Source of the DNA: an uncultured Pseudomonas sp.
GTDB lineage: Bacteria; Pseudomonadota; Gammaproteobacteria; Pseudomonadales; Pseudomonadaceae
DNA: 64,000 bases
Assembly (NCBI GenBank): GCA_943912755.1
Contig: CALTWF010000015.1
Span: 6,065-70,064 of the forward strand
Direction: 5' to 3'
Below the pieces are notes generated by a model. It saw nothing but the letters and a program-made list of their open reading frames with translations, had not been told where the DNA came from and did not search any database. A program made the translations under genes and the position numbers. Within the stretch, counting starts at the first letter, position 1. Each line of letters opens with the position of its first letter. Below, in pieces: positions 60,253 to 64,000 of this stretch.

Positions 60253-60364
60253 TCAAAATCCTCATCGTAAGCGCTTGAAACCACGCTCTTATTCGAAAAC
60301 CGCAGTGAATACGGGAGACTCTAGCCCATTTTCGGGGGTTGACACAGCAAAATGGCGCGCTATC

Positions 60365-60384
60365 GTATTTTGAATTCAAAATAC
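60365..60384. promoter_or_regulatory. Perfect 20-bp palindromic GntR operator
   Basis: GTATTTTGAATTCAAAATAC upstream of the aminotransferase; a third copy at 60244-60259 overlaps the gntR ATG. Confidence 0.78.
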
Positions 60385-60405
60385 AAAAACAAAAAGGAGT
60401 CACCC

Positions 60406-61617
60406 ATGCTGAAGCTCGATTTCCACCCCGCCGGCCGTCACTTCCTGCAGATCCCCGGCCCGAGCCCTGTCCCGGACCGCATCCTGCGCGCCATGAGCTA
60501 CCCCACCATCGACCATCGCGGCCCGGAGTTCGGCGAGCTGGGGCTGAAGGTGCTCGACGGCATCAAGAAGATCTTCAAGACCGTCCACCCCGTGGTCATC
60601 TACCCGGCCTCGGGCACCGGTGCCTGGGAAGCGGCGCTGTGCAACACCCTGAGCGCCGGTGACGAGGTGCTGATGTTCGAAACCGGCCACTTCGCCACCC
60701 TGTGGCAGAAAATGGCCCTCAGCCTCGGCCTCAAGCCGCAGTTCCTCGGGCGCCCGGGCATCGAAGGCTGGCGCGGCGGGGTCGACGCGTCGATGATCGA
60801 AGCGCACCTGCGCGCCGACAGCGGCAAACGCATCAAGGCGGTGTGCGTGGTGCACAACGAAACCAGTACCGGCGTAACCTCCGATATCGCCGCGGTACGC
60901 AAGGCCATCGACGCCGCCGGGCACCCGGCGCTGCTGCTGGTCGACACCATTTCCGGCCTGGCCTCGGCCGACTACCGTCATGACGAATGGGGCGTGGACG
61001 TCACCGTCTCCGGCTCGCAAAAAGGCCTGATGCTGCCGCCGGGCATCAGCTTCAACGCGCTCTCGCCAAAAGCCATCGAAGCCAGCAAGAGCGCGACCCT
61101 GCCGCGCAGCTTCTGGGGCTGGGACGAAATCGTCGAGATGAACAAGACCGGCTACTGGCCGTACACCCCCAACACCAACCTGCTCTACGGCCTGAACGAA
61201 GCGCTGGAGATGATCCTTGGCGAAGGCCTGGACAACGTCTTCGCCCGCCACAACCGCCTGGCCCAGGCCTGCCGTACCGCGGTGAACGCCTGGGGCCTGG
61301 AGATCCAGTGCGCCGACCCGAGCGTGTACAGCCCGGTGCTGACCGGGGTGATGACTCCGGAAGGCATCGATGCCGACGCCGTGCGCAAGGTGATCTACGA
61401 GCGCTTCGACATGTCCCTGGGCACGGGCCTGGGCAAGATGAAAGGCCGCATGTTCCGCATCGGCCACCTCGGCGACTGCAACGACCTGACCCTGATGGCG
61501 ACCCTCACCGGCTGCGAGATGGGCCTGCAACTGGCCGGGGTGAAACTGCAATCCAGCGGCGTGCTGGCCGCCATGGACTACCTGGGAGGCCAGGCGGTGC
61601 CGCTGCGCCGCGACTGA
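60406..61617 (+). CDS. Serine/alanine-glyoxylate aminotransferase family (class V PLP)
   Basis: QIPGP, HNETSTG, VDTIS, GSQKG, FRIGHLG. Confidence 0.88.
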   Translation: MLKLDFHPAGRHFLQIPGPSPVPDRILRAMSYPTIDHRGPEFGELGLKVLDGIKKIFKTVHPVVIYPASGTGAWEAALCNTLSAGDEVLMFETGHFATLWQKMALSLGLKPQFLGRPGIEGWRGGVDASMIEAHLRADSGKRIKAVCVVHNETSTGVTSDIAAVRKAIDAAGHPALLLVDTISGLASADYRHDEWGVDVTVSGSQKGLMLPPGISFNALSPKAIEASKSATLPRSFWGWDEIVEMNKTGYWPYTPNTNLLYGLNEALEMILGEGLDNVFARHNRLAQACRTAVNAWGLEIQCADPSVYSPVLTGVMTPEGIDADAVRKVIYERFDMSLGTGLGKMKGRMFRIGHLGDCNDLTLMATLTGCEMGLQLAGVKLQSSGVLAAMDYLGGQAVPLRRD

Positions 61618-61728
61618 TGTGAAAAACGCCGTACCGGACGCTGCGGCCCCTGCCGCAGCGCCCTGAAAGACGAACTATCCCGAACTCCCGCATCGTCTGC
61701 GGGAACAATAAGAAATTGGAGATAGAAC

Positions 61729-63027
61729 ATGAGGTTTTTCCGTCTGCGCCCCACCACGGTGGTGCTGTTCATGCTGTGCGCGATGTATTTCATCACCTAC
61801 CTTGACCGGGTCAACGTCAGCACTGCCGCTGTCGGTTTCGGCCCGGAGTTCGGCCTGAGCAAGACCGAAATCGGTATCGTCTTCTCTGCCTTCGCCTACC
61901 CCTACCTGGTGTTCCAGATCATCGGAGGGTGGGTCAGCGACCGCTTCGGCGCCAAGCGCACCCTGGTGGTGTGCGGCATCATCTGGGCAGCGGCCACGGT
62001 GATGACCGGCCTGGCCGGTGGTTTCGTTTCGCTGATCATTGCCCGCGTCCTTCTCGGCCTTGGTGAAGGTGCCACCTTCCCTGCCGCGACCGCCGCCATG
62101 TCGCGCTGGGTACCCAAGGAAAAACGCGGCTTCGCCCAGGGCATCACCCACGCCTTCGCCCGCCTCGGCAACGCCCTGGCACCGGCGGCGATGATCGCGA
62201 TCATGGCCACCTACGGCTGGCGCGAGTCGTTCTACGTCTGTGCGGTGATCAGCTTTATCTGGGTGGCCCTGTGGGCGCTGGTGTTCACCGAGCTGCCGAA
62301 GAACCATCCGCGCATCTCCCAGCAGGAACTGGATTCGCTGCCCGCACCCAAGGTCAAGAACAAGGACCCGCTGCCCTGGGGTCGCCTGTTCAAGCGCATG
62401 GCGCCGGTGACCATCGTCTACTTCTGCTACGGCTGGACCCTGTGGCTGCTGCTGAGCTGGGTACCGATGTACTTCATGAACCTCGGCCTGGACCTCAAGG
62501 GCACCGCCATCTTCGCCTCCGCGGTGTTCTTCGGCGGCGTGGTCGGCGACACCCTCGGCGGCATCGTCAGCGACCGCATCTACGCCCGCACCAAGAACCT
62601 CAACAAGGCTCGCAGCCTGATGGTTTCCATCTGCCTGAGCCTGACCCTGCTGTCGCTGGTGCCGCTGATGTTCACCACCGATATCCATATCTCCCTGGCC
62701 TGCCTGGCCATCGGTTTCTTCTTCTCGGAAATGACCATCGGCCCGATGTGGGCCATCCCCATGGACATCGCCCCCGACCATTCCGGCACCGCCTCCGGCA
62801 TGATGAACACCGGCTCGGCGATGGCGGCGATCATCAGCCCGGTCGCCGCCGGCATGCTGATCGACGAGTTCGGCAACTGGCAGCTGCCGTTCATGGTGAG
62901 CATCGGTCTGCTCGCCATCGGCGTGGCGCTGTCGTTCAAGATGAAGCCGCAAAACCGCTTCGAGTACACCAAGGCACCTGCGCCAGCCAGCGACAACGCG
63001 CAGCCGGCACCCGCCATCGGCAAGTAA
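61729..63027 (+). CDS. MFS transporter, anion:cation symporter-like
   Basis: YLDRVNVS, GWVSDRFGAKR, GLGEGATFP, WVPKEKRG. Confidence 0.88.
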   Translation: MRFFRLRPTTVVLFMLCAMYFITYLDRVNVSTAAVGFGPEFGLSKTEIGIVFSAFAYPYLVFQIIGGWVSDRFGAKRTLVVCGIIWAAATVMTGLAGGFVSLIIARVLLGLGEGATFPAATAAMSRWVPKEKRGFAQGITHAFARLGNALAPAAMIAIMATYGWRESFYVCAVISFIWVALWALVFTELPKNHPRISQQELDSLPAPKVKNKDPLPWGRLFKRMAPVTIVYFCYGWTLWLLLSWVPMYFMNLGLDLKGTAIFASAVFFGGVVGDTLGGIVSDRIYARTKNLNKARSLMVSICLSLTLLSLVPLMFTTDIHISLACLAIGFFFSEMTIGPMWAIPMDIAPDHSGTASGMMNTGSAMAAIISPVAAGMLIDEFGNWQLPFMVSIGLLAIGVALSFKMKPQNRFEYTKAPAPASDNAQPAPAIGK

Positions 63028-63075
63028 CCCCCGTGACCGCGCCTGCGGGCGCGGTCCTGATTAAGGAGCGACACC

Positions 63076-63840
63076 TTGAATACCGCAGCCCCCTCCGCGC
63101 ACCTTGCGCAACTTATCGTCGACGCCCAACGCGCCAACCGCCCGTTGGGCGAACTCGATCCTGACCTGTATCCGAAGGACTTCGCCGACGCCTACCAGAC
63201 CCAGCAGGCGATCTTCAGCCTGCGCGGCCTCGATGTCGGAGGCTGGAAGATCGGTTCGAAATCCCACACCGGCCCGGTGCAGGGCTCGCCCCTGCCCGCC
63301 GAGTGCCTGCACGCGCCGGCCAGCTCGTTTGCCCGCGCCGACTACGCCCCGGTGGGACTGGAACTGGAAATCGCCTTCCGCTTCAACCGCGACTTCGCTC
63401 CCCGCGACGAGGCCTACAGCGAGGCGGAAGTGCATGCCGGTATTGGCGAAATGGCCGCCACCATCGAGATCGTCTCCAGTCGTTTTGCCGCGTTTCCCAA
63501 GGTCGAGCCGTTGACCCAACTGGCCGACCTGCTCAACCACGGCGCCTTGGTGGTGGGTGAGTTCGTGCCTTACCAGGAGGGTTTCCCGTTCGCCCAGCCG
63601 GCCCTGGAGCTGACCTTCAATGGCGAAAGCATCGTGCCCGGCTGCGTCGCCAATCCGGCCGGCGACCCGCGCCGCCTGCTGACCTGGCTGGTCAACCATC
63701 ACACCGGCCAGGGGCAGGTGCTGCCCAAGGGCCTGGTGGTCACTACCGGGTCGTTTACCGGGATGTATTTCGCCAAGGAGGCGGGTGAATTGAAGGGGCT
63801 GATCAGTGGGTTGCCGGCGGTTTCACTGACGCTGACCTGA
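63076..63840 (+). CDS. FAH-superfamily 2-keto-4-pentenoate hydratase-like protein
   Basis: AYQTQ, GWKIG, ELEIAF, IEIVSSR, TTGS; TTG start with AAGGAG RBS. Confidence 0.8.
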   Translation: MNTAAPSAHLAQLIVDAQRANRPLGELDPDLYPKDFADAYQTQQAIFSLRGLDVGGWKIGSKSHTGPVQGSPLPAECLHAPASSFARADYAPVGLELEIAFRFNRDFAPRDEAYSEAEVHAGIGEMAATIEIVSSRFAAFPKVEPLTQLADLLNHGALVVGEFVPYQEGFPFAQPALELTFNGESIVPGCVANPAGDPRRLLTWLVNHHTGQGQVLPKGLVVTTGSFTGMYFAKEAGELKGLISGLPAVSLTLT

Positions 63841-63855
63841 GCACTTAATAAGCTT

Positions 63856-63958
63856 TTGGGCTGCTTTGCAGCCCTTCGCGAGCAAGCTCGCTCCCACAGG
63901 ATTCAGCACCCGCCTGTGGGAGCGAGCTTGCTCGCGAAGGGCCGCAAAGCGGCCCCAA
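63856..63958. repeat. REPIN
   Basis: Inverted GTGGGAGCGAGCTTGCTCGCGAAGGGC arms. Confidence 0.85.
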
Positions 63959-63966
63959 CTGCATTG

Positions 63967-63991
63967 AAAAGGCCCCGACTTCTCGGGGCCT
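63967..63991 (-). terminator. Intrinsic terminator of a minus-strand gene beyond the window
   Basis: AGGCCCCG/CGGGGCCT stem with a T-run on the minus strand. Confidence 0.55.
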
Positions 63992-64000
63992 CACCTGACA

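Noticed and set aside
57418..60270. 950-aa plus-strand ORF
   Set aside because: Antisense shadow of glcB, the SHMT-like gene and gntR in high-GC DNA; no recognisable motifs

Overview
GC-rich chromosomal accessory region, most likely from a putida-group-like Pseudomonas (inferred from REP types and gene content). It is dense in catabolic and regulatory modules. In order: a truncated APH(6)-family kinase missed by the ORF track; LysE/Lrp; a DUF1852(MesX)-MesD methionine synthase-flavin reductase-MetR operon; a FecI/FecR/TonB-receptor signalling module; a NemR-like electrophile-detox operon; an AT-rich TPR gene behind an integron attC-like site; a complete malonate cluster (mdcABCDEGH-madLM-mdcR); an indole/anthranilate island (two AraC regulators, antABC, catA, a degenerate Aer-like chemoreceptor, iifABCDE); a C4 antisense-RNA module with target boxes covering the RBS of a small gene; MFS/TetR; small orphan ORFs; an aldoxime-nitrile operon (outer-membrane channel apparently frameshift-fused to Oxd, nitrile hydratase with hybrid CTLCSCT motif and no activator, amidase); and an uncharacterised GntR regulon (three shared palindromic operators) linking an atypical SHMT-fold PLP enzyme, malate synthase G, a glyoxylate aminotransferase, an MFS anion transporter and an FAH-family hydratase. 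Several REP/REPIN elements are present. I saw no rRNA, tRNA, CRISPR, transposase or integrase. All calls come from manual motif reading; no database searches were run.
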